Shown one piece after another: positions 17,018-27,016 of a DNA stretch of 46,278 nt; positions within the stretch are counted from its first letter, which is position 1; each line of letters begins with the position of its first letter. The stretch is from Candidatus Nomurabacteria bacterium. GTDB lineage: Bacteria > Patescibacteriota > Minisyncoccia > Phycocordibacterales > UBA9973. The notes beneath the pieces are model-generated. The model was not told the origin of the DNA. It was given only the letters and a program-made list of their open reading frames with translations, and made no database searches. The translations under genes and the position numbers were made by a program. The stretch is taken from assembly GCA_023267195.1 (NCBI GenBank), contig JAHFNT010000005.1, positions 80,875 through 127,152 of the forward strand, read 5' to 3'.

Positions 17018-17455
17018 TTATTGGCTAAAAAATATTGGGATTTCGAGCGCGTCATCGTGCTCGGGCAGTCCAGAAGGGTTATCCTTTTTCAAAATCAAAG
17101 AGCCGTTATTTTTATATATTGGAGTTTTAAATTCTAGGGTAGCAGTAAATGGCACAAAATTTTCTGTCATCCATTCACCTTGTGCTGTGGCGAAACTTTC
17201 CGCAATGATGAGCCCATCCCAATCAACAAGAAATATCGGGAAACTGCCTTCGAAGAACCACCCTCCTCTTGCCACACCAGAAATTTGGAGCGGACTTTTT
17301 ATTGTTTCATTCGGCCGCGGTGTACTAAGGCGGATAAGATCTATTTTCTCTAATTCATTACCAAAATATTCTCTATTTTCTTGCTTAGCCTGCCAAAGAA
17401 AGCCAAATGAAGCAACAATCATAATAACTATTATTAAGAGTAATATTTTCCTCAT
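17018..17455 (-). CDS. Membrane-anchored Gmad2-like immunoglobulin-domain protein
   Basis: N-terminal [31 protein letters not shown]. Confidence 0.75.
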   Translation of the reverse strand: MRKILLLIIVIMIVASFGFLWQAKQENREYFGNELEKIDLIRLSTPRPNETIKSPLQISGVARGGWFFEGSFPIFLVDWDGLIIAESFATAQGEWMTENFVPFTATLEFKTPIYKNNGSLILKKDNPSGLPEHDDALEIPIFFSQ

Positions 17456-17499
17456 CTATTTATTTTAACACAAGCATTATTTATGCTAAAATATCCAGC

Positions 17500-17865
17500 A
17501 TGAATGATGTGAATGAATTAACTGAGGAGGAAAAAAGGGTGATTATAGATAAAGGAACCGAAGCGCCTTTTACCGGTGAATACGTAAACAACAAAGAGAC
17601 AGGCTTGTATGTCTGCCGGCAATGTGGGGCTCCGCTTTATAATTCTAAAGATAAATTTGAGTCAACCTGTGGTTGGCCATCTTTTGATGACGAGATTCTT
17701 GGAGCGGTACATAAAAGTCTTGATGCGGATGGAATGCGTACGGAAATAACTTGCGCTAAATGTGGCGGGCATCTAGGGCATTTGTTTGTAGGTGAGGGCT
17801 TAACCGAAAAGAATTTGCGTCATTGCGTGAATTCAATTTCGATGAAATTTATACCAGGAAAATAA
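17500..17865 (+). CDS. msrB: Methionine-R-sulfoxide reductase
   Basis: GTEAPFTG, two CxxC motifs, GWPSF, HLGH, RHCVNS. Confidence 0.96.
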   Translation: MNDVNELTEEEKRVIIDKGTEAPFTGEYVNNKETGLYVCRQCGAPLYNSKDKFESTCGWPSFDDEILGAVHKSLDADGMRTEITCAKCGGHLGHLFVGEGLTEKNLRHCVNSISMKFIPGK

Positions 17866-17866
17866 A

Positions 17867-18352
17867 ATGATTAAAAAAATAGTATTAGCGGGTGGGTGTT
17901 TTTGGGGTTTGCAGGATTTAATTAGGAAACAACCGGGTGTGGTGAAGACCATTGTTGGTTATACTGGCGGAAGTGTGGAGAATCCAACCTATCACAATCA
18001 TGAAGGCCATGCGGAAGCGGTGGAGATAGAATACGACACTGAAAAAACTTCTTATAAAAAACTACTCGATTTCTTTTTTCAGATTCACAACCCTACGACG
18101 TTGAACCAACAAGGGAACGATGTTGGTACTTCTTATCGTTCGGCTATTTTTTATGGCAACGAAGAGGAGAAACAAGAAGCAGAGAATTTTATAAAAATTG
18201 TAAATGATTCCAAGCGTTGGTCAAATCCGGTAGTGACGAGCCTTGAGCCACTTGGTAGGTTTTATCCCGCAGAAGAATATCATCAGGATTATCTTGTAAA
18301 AAATCCAGGCGGTTACACCTGCCACGCTATTTATTTTGAGAGTTATTTGTAA
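17867..18352 (+). CDS. msrA: Peptide-methionine (S)-S-oxide reductase
   Basis: [28 protein letters not shown]. Confidence 0.96.
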   Translation: MIKKIVLAGGCFWGLQDLIRKQPGVVKTIVGYTGGSVENPTYHNHEGHAEAVEIEYDTEKTSYKKLLDFFFQIHNPTTLNQQGNDVGTSYRSAIFYGNEEEKQEAENFIKIVNDSKRWSNPVVTSLEPLGRFYPAEEYHQDYLVKNPGGYTCHAIYFESYL

Positions 18353-18373
18353 TAATTTTTCCAGAAAAACAGA

Positions 18374-18459
18374 AACCTCGCGCCATGCGGGGCGCGAAGC
18401 TCCCGTCGGTTGCGAGGTTGATGGTTTGTGACCTGCGGTTCGTTACACGAACCGCAGGT
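18374..18459 (-). terminator. Two GC-rich hairpins closing the 123-aa orphan
   Basis: Perfect 13-bp stem ACCTGCGGTTCGT/ACGAACCGCAGGT (18431-18459) containing the stop codon; AACCTCGC...GCGAGGTT followed by a T-rich tail on minus. Confidence 0.6.
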
Positions 18460-18814
18460 AGTTGGCGGGGGTGATCGCGTCTTCTGGATCTAGGCTCTTT
18501 TTGAGAACCCTGACCCTGAGGAATTTCCCCTCTGCCTTTCGGCAAAGGGATTCAAAGTCTGGGTGGTTACTCTGGACTTGCACTAGCTCCCTTCTTTTCC
18601 AGAACAGAAGAGAGCTTCGCACCAACTCCATGGTTAGCCATCCAGTTTCCGAAAATAGGAGGTGGTCGATACGCCATTCTCCACCTAATCGACGGGCTTT
18701 CTTCACCTCTTCCTTGACCTTCGGGGCCAAGAACCGAGCCGCAAGTATGATTACGGCGAAAAAGAAGAGGTAGACGGAGACCATGGCTGCCAGAAAGATT
18801 GTTGCAGGCGACAT
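18443..18814 (-). CDS. GC-rich orphan with an N-terminal TM helix (123 aa)
   Basis: SD GAGGTG before ATG 18814; hydrophobic N-terminus; hairpins downstream. Confidence 0.65.
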   Translation of the reverse strand: MSPATIFLAAMVSVYLFFFAVIILAARFLAPKVKEEVKKARRLGGEWRIDHLLFSETGWLTMELVRSSLLFWKRRELVQVQSNHPDFESLCRKAEGKFLRVRVLKKSLDPEDAITPANYLRFV

Positions 18815-18932
18815 TTTACACCTCGCTATTCTTAAAGGTATAGCTACCAATTTTGAATCCAAATATATTTCAACATACTTTGGTAAAAATACAAGTATAG
18901 ATTTAGAATTTTTGCTTTACAATATAATTCAT

Positions 18933-19331
18933 ATGGAAAATCCAGGGACAATTTTATTTATTACACCTAAAAGTAATGCTTCGCAAGACCCAGTTATCGA
19001 TGAAGCAACTAAAAAAATGACTGCGGCTGTTCGAAAAAGCAAACTTGGCCGCCTATATCGCCGTCCAGATGAGATTCGCGGCATACACAACTGCGTATGT
19101 GGAATAATGAGCGCTCCCTGTGATTATATTTTGCCCGATGGCGCAAGAACAAATTCTTTGTGTGTACATTACTTGGCCTATCACCATGACGAAGTACCCA
19201 AAAAAGAAATGGAAAAAGTGCTTAATCTTCAGTATGGAGAAATTGAACCAACGGCAGAAGAAATGCGGGGTACTATAAAGACAGAAAATACCGAAGAATT
19301 AAAATACAGACCAAGATTTAAAATTCGTTAA
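18933..19331 (+). CDS. Hypothetical protein with a Cys/His cluster (putative Zn binding)
   Basis: RGIHNCVCG...SLCVHYLAYHH; TACAAT shortly before ATG 18933. Confidence 0.7.
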   Translation: MENPGTILFITPKSNASQDPVIDEATKKMTAAVRKSKLGRLYRRPDEIRGIHNCVCGIMSAPCDYILPDGARTNSLCVHYLAYHHDEVPKKEMEKVLNLQYGEIEPTAEEMRGTIKTENTEELKYRPRFKIR

Positions 19332-19341
19332 TCTGAATTTG

Positions 19342-19413
19342 TGACCCTACAGAGAATCGAACTCTGATTTGATCCTTGAGAAGGATCCGTCCTAGCCGTT
19401 AGACGATAGGGCC
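19342..19413 (-). tRNA. tRNA-Glu(CTC)
   Basis: Acceptor GGCCCTA/TAGGGTC, anticodon arm GATCC-TTCTCAA-GGATC, T loop TTCGATT. Confidence 0.95.
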
Positions 19414-19466
19414 AATAGGAAAAATATAGCATTTTTAATAAAAAATCAAAAACTAAAATTAATTTT

Positions 19467-20450
19467 TTATTCTTCTACCTTTGGCTTTTCTACTTCCAGC
19501 AAAGAAATTTCTGGTGAAGCGCCGGCAATTTTTAGCACATCTTTGTCAATCTTTTTTAATTCTTTGTTGGAGGAATTGTAATGATTTACGACAGTGCCAA
19601 GCGCATTGCCGAGTTTGGTGTGGTATTCATCATAAGATTTCAAATGCTTACCCAGGTCCTCAACTTTTTTAATTATTTCTTTAGCGGACTCTTCTATCTT
19701 GAAGGCCTTAAAGCCATAAAGCACTGATTGTAAATACGCCATAAAAGTTGTAGGAGAAATTATGATAACCTTTTTCTCGTTGTAAGCATAGTCTATTAAA
19801 TTTCTCGTATTAACTTTTATTGATCCGACTTCATTGACAAGCAAATCGTAATATATCGCTTCTGCTGGAATATACATAAAAGCGAAAGGGAGAGTGTTTT
19901 CTTCCGGGCGAACATATTTTGCTGTTTCATCAATACGCTTTTTTAAATCATTTTTAAATTCTTTTTCAAGTTCTTCGCGTTGACGATCATCCATGGCGTG
20001 CACGACACGATCGTAATTATCTAAAGAAAATTTTGCGTCAATTGGAATTATGCCTTCCTTAGTTATTATGATTGCATCTACAACTTCTTTATTTTTAAAT
20101 TCATATTGCATTTTATATTGGCCAGGAGCCAGAGTATTTGAAAGAATAAGTTCGAGTGATGCTTCACCCCAATTACCCCGCTGTTTTTGGTGTTTCAAAG
20201 TTTTTTCCAAATCGCCCAATTTATCAGCGATGGCTATGAATTGCCTGGTGGCTTCATTTGTTTTAGTCTGTTCACGGGCTACACCTATCAAGTTTTTATT
20301 TACTTCACGGGTAAGCTCCGCCATTTGTTGCTGGAGCATCAATAAAGCCGGGCTGTCTTCTTTTTCTTCTTCTTTCTTTTTACCAAAGATAAAATAGGCA
20401 ATTATTCCGCCGATCAGGAATGCTATTATGATAAATAAGGTATTGTCCAT
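19467..20450 (-). CDS. rmuC: DNA recombination protein RmuC family
   Basis: N-terminal TM, RGNWGE, IPIDAKF, FMYIPAEAIY, SPTT. Confidence 0.92.
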   Translation of the reverse strand: MDNTLFIIIAFLIGGIIAYFIFGKKKEEEKEDSPALLMLQQQMAELTREVNKNLIGVAREQTKTNEATRQFIAIADKLGDLEKTLKHQKQRGNWGEASLELILSNTLAPGQYKMQYEFKNKEVVDAIIITKEGIIPIDAKFSLDNYDRVVHAMDDRQREELEKEFKNDLKKRIDETAKYVRPEENTLPFAFMYIPAEAIYYDLLVNEVGSIKVNTRNLIDYAYNEKKVIIISPTTFMAYLQSVLYGFKAFKIEESAKEIIKKVEDLGKHLKSYDEYHTKLGNALGTVVNHYNSSNKELKKIDKDVLKIAGASPEISLLEVEKPKVEE

Positions 20451-20453
20451 ATT

Positions 20454-21182
20454 TTATTTTCCTAAGTGATGCTTAAGCGTATAAATCCAATCGTCTTCAA
20501 TTTGATCGCTTTCCAATTTTTGAGCTAGAAGCCATTCCAAGTATCCACGGTCCATAGCTAATACCTCTTCTATTTTTTTGCCATTATGCTTGCCGAAATT
20601 CATTGTCCGGAAAAGGGAAGGGTGCGATGAAATTTCTACCATTTTTTCTATTGCCTGTTCCTCGCTCAAATTTTCCTCTTTTACAAGTTTGTTTTTCAAT
20701 CTTTCAAAAAGTTTTTCGAGCACTAATACATCACCCATGGCGTCATGCGCGATTGCTTCAATTTCAATTTCAAGCAAGTATCGCAGGTATTGTAAATTAT
20801 ATCTTTCTATTTTATCTTCTTTGTCCAATTCTCTAGCCACTCTAAGCGTGCAAATAAATTTCTTTGGCTTGATGCCTTCCTTTTCCAGGATCATCAGATC
20901 AAAAGGTGCATTGTGCGCTACCACTACGGTGTTTTCATCTTCAAAAAGTTTTTTAATTTTTGCTTGATCACCGCTTTCTTTAAAAGTTGGTTTTTCGGCG
21001 ACCATTTTGTTGGTGATGTGGTGCACGGCTGAAGCCTCCGGGGGGATTTTGACTTCGGGTTTGTATAATCCGGCAAATTTTTCATCATCGCTTTTGTATG
21101 CGATTTGCACCAAAAAATCGTTTTCCGTATTTCCAGTTGTTTCCGTATCAAAAAATATTAGCGCAGGTGTTTTCTTTTGCAT
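20454..21182 (-). CDS. DEDDh 3'-5' exonuclease (ExoX-like) with a C-terminal FGKH motif
   Basis: FFDTETTG, AHNAPFD, AHDAMGD, MNFGKHNG. Confidence 0.88.
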   Translation of the reverse strand: MQKKTPALIFFDTETTGNTENDFLVQIAYKSDDEKFAGLYKPEVKIPPEASAVHHITNKMVAEKPTFKESGDQAKIKKLFEDENTVVVAHNAPFDLMILEKEGIKPKKFICTLRVARELDKEDKIERYNLQYLRYLLEIEIEAIAHDAMGDVLVLEKLFERLKNKLVKEENLSEEQAIEKMVEISSHPSLFRTMNFGKHNGKKIEEVLAMDRGYLEWLLAQKLESDQIEDDWIYTLKHHLGK

Positions 21183-21220
21183 TTGGTTATTTTATCACAT
21201 TTTGATAGAATAGAGACAAT

Positions 21221-21670
21221 ATGTTACATGAACAAATAAAAAATGGAATAAAAGAGGCAATGATGGCAAAGGATGCGCTCAAGTTGAAAGCCTTTCGCGC
21301 AATGTCAGCAGCTTTTACTAATGAGCTGGTAGCAAAAAATAAAAAGCCACAGGAAATGCTAACAGACGAGGAAGCGCTTACGGTCGTTACTCGGCTGGCC
21401 AAACAACGCAAAGATTCTATTGAGCAATTTAAGAAAGGAGGCAGAGAGGATTTGGTCAAAGAAGAACAAGAGGAGCTTTCAATTTTAGAAACTTATCTGC
21501 CAAAGATGATGGCTAAAGATGAAATAGAAAAAATTGCTCTTTTGAAAAAAGACGAGCTTGGTATTTCTGATGGCACCGATAAGGGTGTCCTCATGTCTGC
21601 TTTGATGAAGGAATTAAAAGGCAAAGCAGAGGGAGCTATGGTCAAAGAAGTGGTAGATTCTCTTTTTTAA
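21221..21670 (+). CDS. GatB/YqeY domain protein
   Basis: AMMAKD, KQRKDSIEQFKKGGREDL, YLP. Confidence 0.92.
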   Translation: MLHEQIKNGIKEAMMAKDALKLKAFRAMSAAFTNELVAKNKKPQEMLTDEEALTVVTRLAKQRKDSIEQFKKGGREDLVKEEQEELSILETYLPKMMAKDEIEKIALLKKDELGISDGTDKGVLMSALMKELKGKAEGAMVKEVVDSLF

Positions 21671-21675
21671 AGTTT

Positions 21676-22281
21676 ATGTACACAGTTAATCTTCTAACTA
21701 ATGCAGTCGAGCACCATCAAGCTTTAGCGTATTTGATAATTTTTTTCGGGCTTATTTTTGAAGGCGAAATAGTTATAATTTCTGTGGGTATATTGTCGCA
21801 CTTAGGCGCGTTGAATTTTTGGTTCTCTCTCTTATTCATTATTTTAGGAGCATTTTCCAAAACCTTCGTATTTTATGCACTAGGAGAGTTTTTGTACAAA
21901 ACATTCAATCACCATAATATTTTTAAATACATTCAAAAACGTGTTTACAGTATTTTGCCCAGATTTAAAATTAAGCCATTTTGGTCTATTTTTGTTTCAA
22001 AATTTATAATGGGGGTGAACTACTTAGTAGTTATATTTTGTGGTTATGAAAAGATAGAGTACAAGCAATTTTTAAAGGCAGAAATTTCTTCAACAATAAT
22101 TTGGGCTCCGGCGTTATTATCTCTTGGATATTTTTTTGGTTATACTGCCTTGCACATCAGTCGTGAGATTTGGAAATTTACGTTAGTGATTATTGTACTA
22201 TTTATAATATTTATCTTTTTTGATAAGCTGGTGAGCTGGCTTTATGAGCTCTCAGAAGAATTTTATGGAGACAAACAATAA
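21676..22281 (+). CDS. DedA family membrane protein
   Basis: FEGEIVII...G, IW..LGYFFG pattern and multiple TMs. Confidence 0.8.
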   Translation: MYTVNLLTNAVEHHQALAYLIIFFGLIFEGEIVIISVGILSHLGALNFWFSLLFIILGAFSKTFVFYALGEFLYKTFNHHNIFKYIQKRVYSILPRFKIKPFWSIFVSKFIMGVNYLVVIFCGYEKIEYKQFLKAEISSTIIWAPALLSLGYFFGYTALHISREIWKFTLVIIVLFIIFIFFDKLVSWLYELSEEFYGDKQ

Positions 22282-23176
22282 ACAATCAAAGAAAAAATTA
22301 ATCACCCACAATGGATCCTTCCATGCAGACGATATTTTCGCTTGCGCTACATTGTCTTTAATGTTAGAAAAAAACAATCAGGAATTTGAAGTAATTCGTA
22401 CGAGAGATCCCGAAATAATAAAAACCGGAGATTATGTTTTTGATGTAGGCGGAATACATGACGAAGAAAAAAATCTTTTTGATCACCATCAGATAGGGGG
22501 CGCAGGTAAGGGGCCAAATAATATAGAATATGCGGCCTTTGGTTTGGTATGGAAAAAGTTTGGCAAAATAGTTGCAGGCGGCAAAAGAGAGGCTGAATTA
22601 ATAGAGAAACGCCTTTGCGCGCCTATTGATGCTTGGGATAACGGTTTTGATTTGGTGGAAAATAAATATGAAGTGACACCGTATTATATCCAAAATATTT
22701 TCTTTGCGATGGAGCCGACATGGAGAGAAACAGAAATCAATATTGACGACATGTTTTTAAAGTGCGTAGAAATAGCAAAAACAGTTTTAACTCGGGAAAT
22801 AATCCAAGTTCAAGACATGCTTGAGGCGGAAAATGCTGTGATGGCTGTTTACAATAATTCAGTAGATAAAAGGATAATTATTTTGGATAAAAATTATCCT
22901 TTTGAATATATACTTTTTAATTTTCCTGAACCGCTGTTTGCGGTTTATCCCAGGAAAACAGGAGGTACTTGGGGAGTGAAGGCTATACGGCAAGATCCCA
23001 AAACATTTATCAATAGGAAAAATTTGCCGAAACTTTGGGCAGGGCTTAAAGATGAAGAATTGCAAAACGTAACAGGAGTCAGAAATGCCGTATTTTGCCA
23101 TCGGGCGCTTTTTATGGCTGTGGCAGGGTCTAAAGAAGGGGCTATCAAATTAGCCCAAATTGCGGTAGAATCATAA
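22265..23176 (+). CDS. MYG1 family (DHH) exonuclease
   Basis: THNGSFHADD, DVGG, FDHHQ, AVFCH. Confidence 0.9.
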   Translation: METNNKQSKKKLITHNGSFHADDIFACATLSLMLEKNNQEFEVIRTRDPEIIKTGDYVFDVGGIHDEEKNLFDHHQIGGAGKGPNNIEYAAFGLVWKKFGKIVAGGKREAELIEKRLCAPIDAWDNGFDLVENKYEVTPYYIQNIFFAMEPTWRETEINIDDMFLKCVEIAKTVLTREIIQVQDMLEAENAVMAVYNNSVDKRIIILDKNYPFEYILFNFPEPLFAVYPRKTGGTWGVKAIRQDPKTFINRKNLPKLWAGLKDEELQNVTGVRNAVFCHRALFMAVAGSKEGAIKLAQIAVES

Positions 23177-23180
23177 GTAT

Positions 23181-24191
23181 ATGGCTTTTATTGATGAAAT
23201 GACAATATACGCCGAAGCTGGGCGTGGTGGCGATGGCGTGGTGCGCTGGCGACAAGAGAAATTCGTACCTAAAGGCGGGCCCTCGGGTGGAGATGGCGGT
23301 CGGGGCGGGGATTTTTATATTTTGGCCGTGCGCGATGTTAATATACTTTCAAAATATAAAGCAAAGAAAAGTTTTGGAGCGGGCAGGGGGGAAGACGGCG
23401 GAAAGAAAAGTCTCCATGGAAAAAATGGAGAAGATTTTTATTTGGAATTGCCGATTGGTTCTATTGTTACCAATTTGGAAACAGATGAAGTGTGGCAACT
23501 CACCGAAGCTGATCAAAAATTTATGGTTTTGAGGGGTGGATATGGTGGATTTGGCAACGAACATTTTAAAAGTTCTACGAACACCACTCCTAAAGAATCG
23601 CGGGAAGGTCAAGAAGGTGAGAAGGGAAACTTTAAGATTGAGCTTGAACTTTTTGCGGATATTGGACTCATTGGTTTGCCAAATGCAGGAAAAACTTCAC
23701 TTTTAAATACTCTTACTAATGCGGAAGCGAAGGTCGGGGATTATGCTTTTACCACGCTTGATCCAAATTTGGGAGATTTTTATGGCTACATCATTGCGGA
23801 TATTCCAGGAATCATTGAAGGAGCAGCAGAGGGTAAAGGGCTGGGTGTTAAGTTTTTAAAACACATCAAGCGTACAAAAATGCTCGCACATCTCGTGTCT
23901 TTTGAAAATTTAGTCAAAGGAAGTACTGGCATGATAAAAAGTTATAAAGAGATTCGCAAAGAGCTTGAAAAATATGATAAAAAATTAAAATTGGGCGTTG
24001 AAGGTTTGGCCTCAAAAGAAGAGATAATAATTTTGACTAAAGCAGACGTGATAGATGATTCGAAAGTTGTTACAAAAGTGATAGCTACTTTTGAAAAATT
24101 AAATAAAAAAGTTTTTGTTTTATCTTTGTTTGATGATAAAATGATAAAGAAATTTAATGACGCGCTCGCGAAGATTTTAAAAAAGAAATAG
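23181..24191 (+). CDS. obgE: GTPase ObgE
   Basis: Gly-rich Obg fold, GLPNAGKT, FTTL, DIPG, TKAD. Confidence 0.96.
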   Translation: MAFIDEMTIYAEAGRGGDGVVRWRQEKFVPKGGPSGGDGGRGGDFYILAVRDVNILSKYKAKKSFGAGRGEDGGKKSLHGKNGEDFYLELPIGSIVTNLETDEVWQLTEADQKFMVLRGGYGGFGNEHFKSSTNTTPKESREGQEGEKGNFKIELELFADIGLIGLPNAGKTSLLNTLTNAEAKVGDYAFTTLDPNLGDFYGYIIADIPGIIEGAAEGKGLGVKFLKHIKRTKMLAHLVSFENLVKGSTGMIKSYKEIRKELEKYDKKLKLGVEGLASKEEIIILTKADVIDDSKVVTKVIATFEKLNKKVFVLSLFDDKMIKKFNDALAKILKKK

Positions 24192-24201
24192 AATTTACAA
24201 T

Positions 24202-25680
24202 ATGCCAAACAAATATTACCCCACAATTGGACTTGAAATACACGCAGAGCTAAAGACGCAGACAAAGATGTTTTGCTCGTGCAAGAATGATCCAGATGAA
24301 GAGCGTCCAAATGTGAATATTTGCCCAGTCTGCATGGCACATCCGGGTACTTTGCCTGTGGCAAATAAAAAAGCAATTGAAAATGTGATCAAAGTTGGGC
24401 TGGCGATAGATGGAACAATTGCGGACTTTTCAGAATTTGATCGTAAGAATTATTTTTATCCGGATATTCCCAAGGGTTATCAGATTTCACAGTTTAAATA
24501 TCCAATAGTTTCTGGCGGGCGTTTGGCTGAGATGGATGTTACTCGCATTCATCTAGAAGAAGATACGGCTAACAACAAACACCGAGAGGGAGACACTTCG
24601 GCTTCCTTCGGTAATACTCAGGACAAGTCGCTCAGTGCAGGTTTTTCTTTAGTTGATTTCAATCGTGCTGGGGTGCCTTTGATGGAGCTTGTGACTGAAC
24701 CGCATACTTTTGAAAATGCAGAAGAGACAGCGAAAAAAGCTTCAAGGTTTGCTAAAGAATTGCAGCTGATTCTGTGGTATCTTGGTGTGTCTGAAGCAAA
24801 CATGGAAAAAGGTGAGATGCGCGTGGAAGCAAATATTTCGATTTCCTCTGATCCGAAAAAATTAGGCACAAAAGTCGAAGTTAAAAATTTAAATTCTTTC
24901 AGAAGTGTGGAACGCGCTATAAAATATGAAGTTGATCGAATGACTGCGCTTATGGAAGAAGGAAAAGGGGATGAGATAGTCCAAGAGACTCGAGGCTGGG
25001 ATGAAGGCAAACAGAAAACTTTTTCGCAAAGAAAAAAAGAGGGAAGCGCTGATTATAGATATTTTCCAGACCCAGATTTGCCAAAAATGAAGCTACACGA
25101 GGCTTTTGATTTGGATAAAATGCGAAAAGAATTACCAGAATTACCTATGCAAAAGCGCGCACGCTATCAGAAAGATTTTGGTATTAAAGATGAAGATATC
25201 GAAGTTTATATCAACGATCCTGTCTTGGGTGCTTGGTTTGAGAAAATCGCAACAATTTTGCAAGTTCAAGAGAAAATTAAAACTGCTTCAAACTATATAA
25301 CTTCTGATTATATTGGCATTAAAAAATCTAATCTGGAAGCCAAACTTCCCAGTGAAGAAAATTTTGCTGAATTAATAAATTTAGTCGTAGATAATAAAAT
25401 TTCTTCTCGCGCGGCAAAAGATATTTTGGTAAAAATTTTGATTAAAGATGAATCTCCTCTTAAAATAGCAACAGCAGAAGGATTGCTTCAAACTAGTGAC
25501 ACTAGCCTTCTGAAAGAGATCGCGCAAAAAATCATTGGAGCAAATCAAAAAGTTGTTCTTGATTACAAAGGGGGCAAAGAACAGGCGTTGATGTCTCTGG
25601 TCGGACAAATTATGAAAGAAACAAAAGGCAGTGCCAATCCAGCTGTTGCTAAAGAAATTTTAATTGATTTACTTAAATGA
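24202..25680 (+). CDS. gatB: Asp/Glu-tRNA amidotransferase subunit B
   Basis: IGLEIHAEL, RKNYFYPD, HLEED, DFNRAGVPLME, DYRYFPDPDL. Confidence 0.97.
   Translation: MPNKYYPTIGLEIHAELKTQTKMFCSCKNDPDEERPNVNICPVCMAHPGTLPVANKKAIENVIKVGLAIDGTIADFSEFDRKNYFYPDIPKGYQISQFKYPIVSGGRLAEMDVTRIHLEEDTANNKHREGDTSASFGNTQDKSLSAGFSLVDFNRAGVPLMELVTEPHTFENAEETAKKASRFAKELQLILWYLGVSEANMEKGEMRVEANISISSDPKKLGTKVEVKNLNSFRSVERAIKYEVDRMTALMEEGKGDEIVQETRGWDEGKQKTFSQRKKEGSADYRYFPDPDLPKMKLHEAFDLDKMRKELPELPMQKRARYQKDFGIKDEDIEVYINDPVLGAWFEKIATILQVQEKIKTASNYITSDYIGIKKSNLEAKLPSEENFAELINLVVDNKISSRAAKDILVKILIKDESPLKIATAEGLLQTSDTSLLKEIAQKIIGANQKVVLDYKGGKEQALMSLVGQIMKETKGSANPAVAKEILIDLLK
24594..24641 (+). repeat. Nested pair of 24-bp imperfect palindromic repeats in-frame in gatB
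   Basis: CACTTCGGCT[TCCTTCGGTAATACTCAGGACAAG]TCGCTCAGTGCAGG, 48 bp. Confidence 0.65.
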
Positions 25681-26678
25681 ACAATAATACACTGGTTGAA
25701 ACAATCGCGCGGCTAATAAAATCACCCAAGGGGATTTTGGCGATGGATGAGAGTTTAAATACTTGCAATAGGCGTTTTTCAGATCTCGGGGTGTCACAAA
25801 CCGAAGAAAAAAGAAGAGAATATCGCGAACTTCTAATAACCACGCCTTCGCTTGAAAAGTATATTTCCGGCTGCATTCTTTTTGATGAGACTATCAGGCA
25901 ATCAACCCTCAAAGGCAAGAGTTTCACTTCTGTGTTGACAGAGAAAGGAATTGAGATTGGTATAAAGGTTGATCAAGGTTTAGAAGATTATATTGGGCAT
26001 CCTGCTGAAAAAATTACTAATGGGCTTGAAGGACTCGAAAGAAGATTAAGTGAATATAAAAAATTGGGTGCAACTTTTGCCAAATGGCGGGCAGTTTTTA
26101 AAATAGGAGAAAAGACTCCATCAGATGATTGCATTAGAGAAAATGCTGAATTTTTGGCTCGATATGCTCTATTGTGTCAGACGGAGGACATTGTGCCGAT
26201 TGTCGAGCCAGAAGTTTTAATGGAGGGCGCACATAGTCAAGAAAAATGTTATGAAGTTACGGCGCGCAGCTTGGATGCTGTTTTTTCTGAATTAAAAAAG
26301 TTGGATGTTTTCATGCCGGGGGTGATTTTAAAGACAAATATGGTGCTCGCGGGGAAAGATGCAAAAGAAAAATCTTCCCCAGAAGAGGTAGCGAAAATGA
26401 CTCTGAAATGCCTAACAGAAAGTGTGCCAAGGGATATAGGTGGAATAGTTTTTCTGTCTGGAGGCCAGAGTGACGAAGACGCCACCAAAAATCTAAATGC
26501 TATGCACAATTCCGGTCCTTTGCCATGGCCACTGACATTTTCTTATGCTCGAGCAATTCAAAATCAAGCTCTGAAATATTGGGCAGAAAACCCTGCTGAT
26601 ATAAAAGGGGCCCAGGATCTTTTAATAAACGCCGCCAGGAATAATAGCGAAGCGTCTATAGGGAAATATAAAAAATAA
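25677..26678 (+). CDS. Fructose-bisphosphate aldolase class I
   Basis: KGILAMDES, GIKVDQG, FAKWRAV, PIVEPEV, FLSGGQ, TFSYARA. Confidence 0.95.
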   Translation: MNNNTLVETIARLIKSPKGILAMDESLNTCNRRFSDLGVSQTEEKRREYRELLITTPSLEKYISGCILFDETIRQSTLKGKSFTSVLTEKGIEIGIKVDQGLEDYIGHPAEKITNGLEGLERRLSEYKKLGATFAKWRAVFKIGEKTPSDDCIRENAEFLARYALLCQTEDIVPIVEPEVLMEGAHSQEKCYEVTARSLDAVFSELKKLDVFMPGVILKTNMVLAGKDAKEKSSPEEVAKMTLKCLTESVPRDIGGIVFLSGGQSDEDATKNLNAMHNSGPLPWPLTFSYARAIQNQALKYWAENPADIKGAQDLLINAARNNSEASIGKYKK

Positions 26679-26679
26679 A

Positions 26680-26997
26680 ATGATTTGGATATTTGCAATT
26701 GGGCTGGTAGTTATTTGTGAATTAATTGCTGACATTATTTCTAAAGAGTATTCCCTTAAGGGTTATTGGTATCTTTGGGTTGGCGCTATCGTTGCATATA
26801 TAATTACAAATATTTTTTGGCTTTGGAGTATTAAAAGTGGTTCAGGTCTTGCTCGGGGAGCTCTGATATTTTCTGTTGGTTCAGCTATAGGTGCTTCAAT
26901 AATAGGCATATATTTTTATGGTGAATCAATTAATAAAATACAACTTACCGGAATGGTTTTCGGAATATTATCTTTAATTTTAATTTTTTGGGAATAA
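26680..26997 (+). CDS. Small four-TM DMT/SMR-like membrane protein
   Basis: 105 aa, Glu in TM1, YFYGESINKIQLTG. Confidence 0.65.
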   Translation: MIWIFAIGLVVICELIADIISKEYSLKGYWYLWVGAIVAYIITNIFWLWSIKSGSGLARGALIFSVGSAIGASIIGIYFYGESINKIQLTGMVFGILSLILIFWE

Positions 26998-27016
26998 ATA
27001 GTGCTATAATATTTGA

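Noticed and set aside
25678..25680. Recoded TGA (genetic code 25)
   Set aside because: gatB ends at TGA overlapping the aldolase ATG, and conserved genes contain no in-frame TGA.
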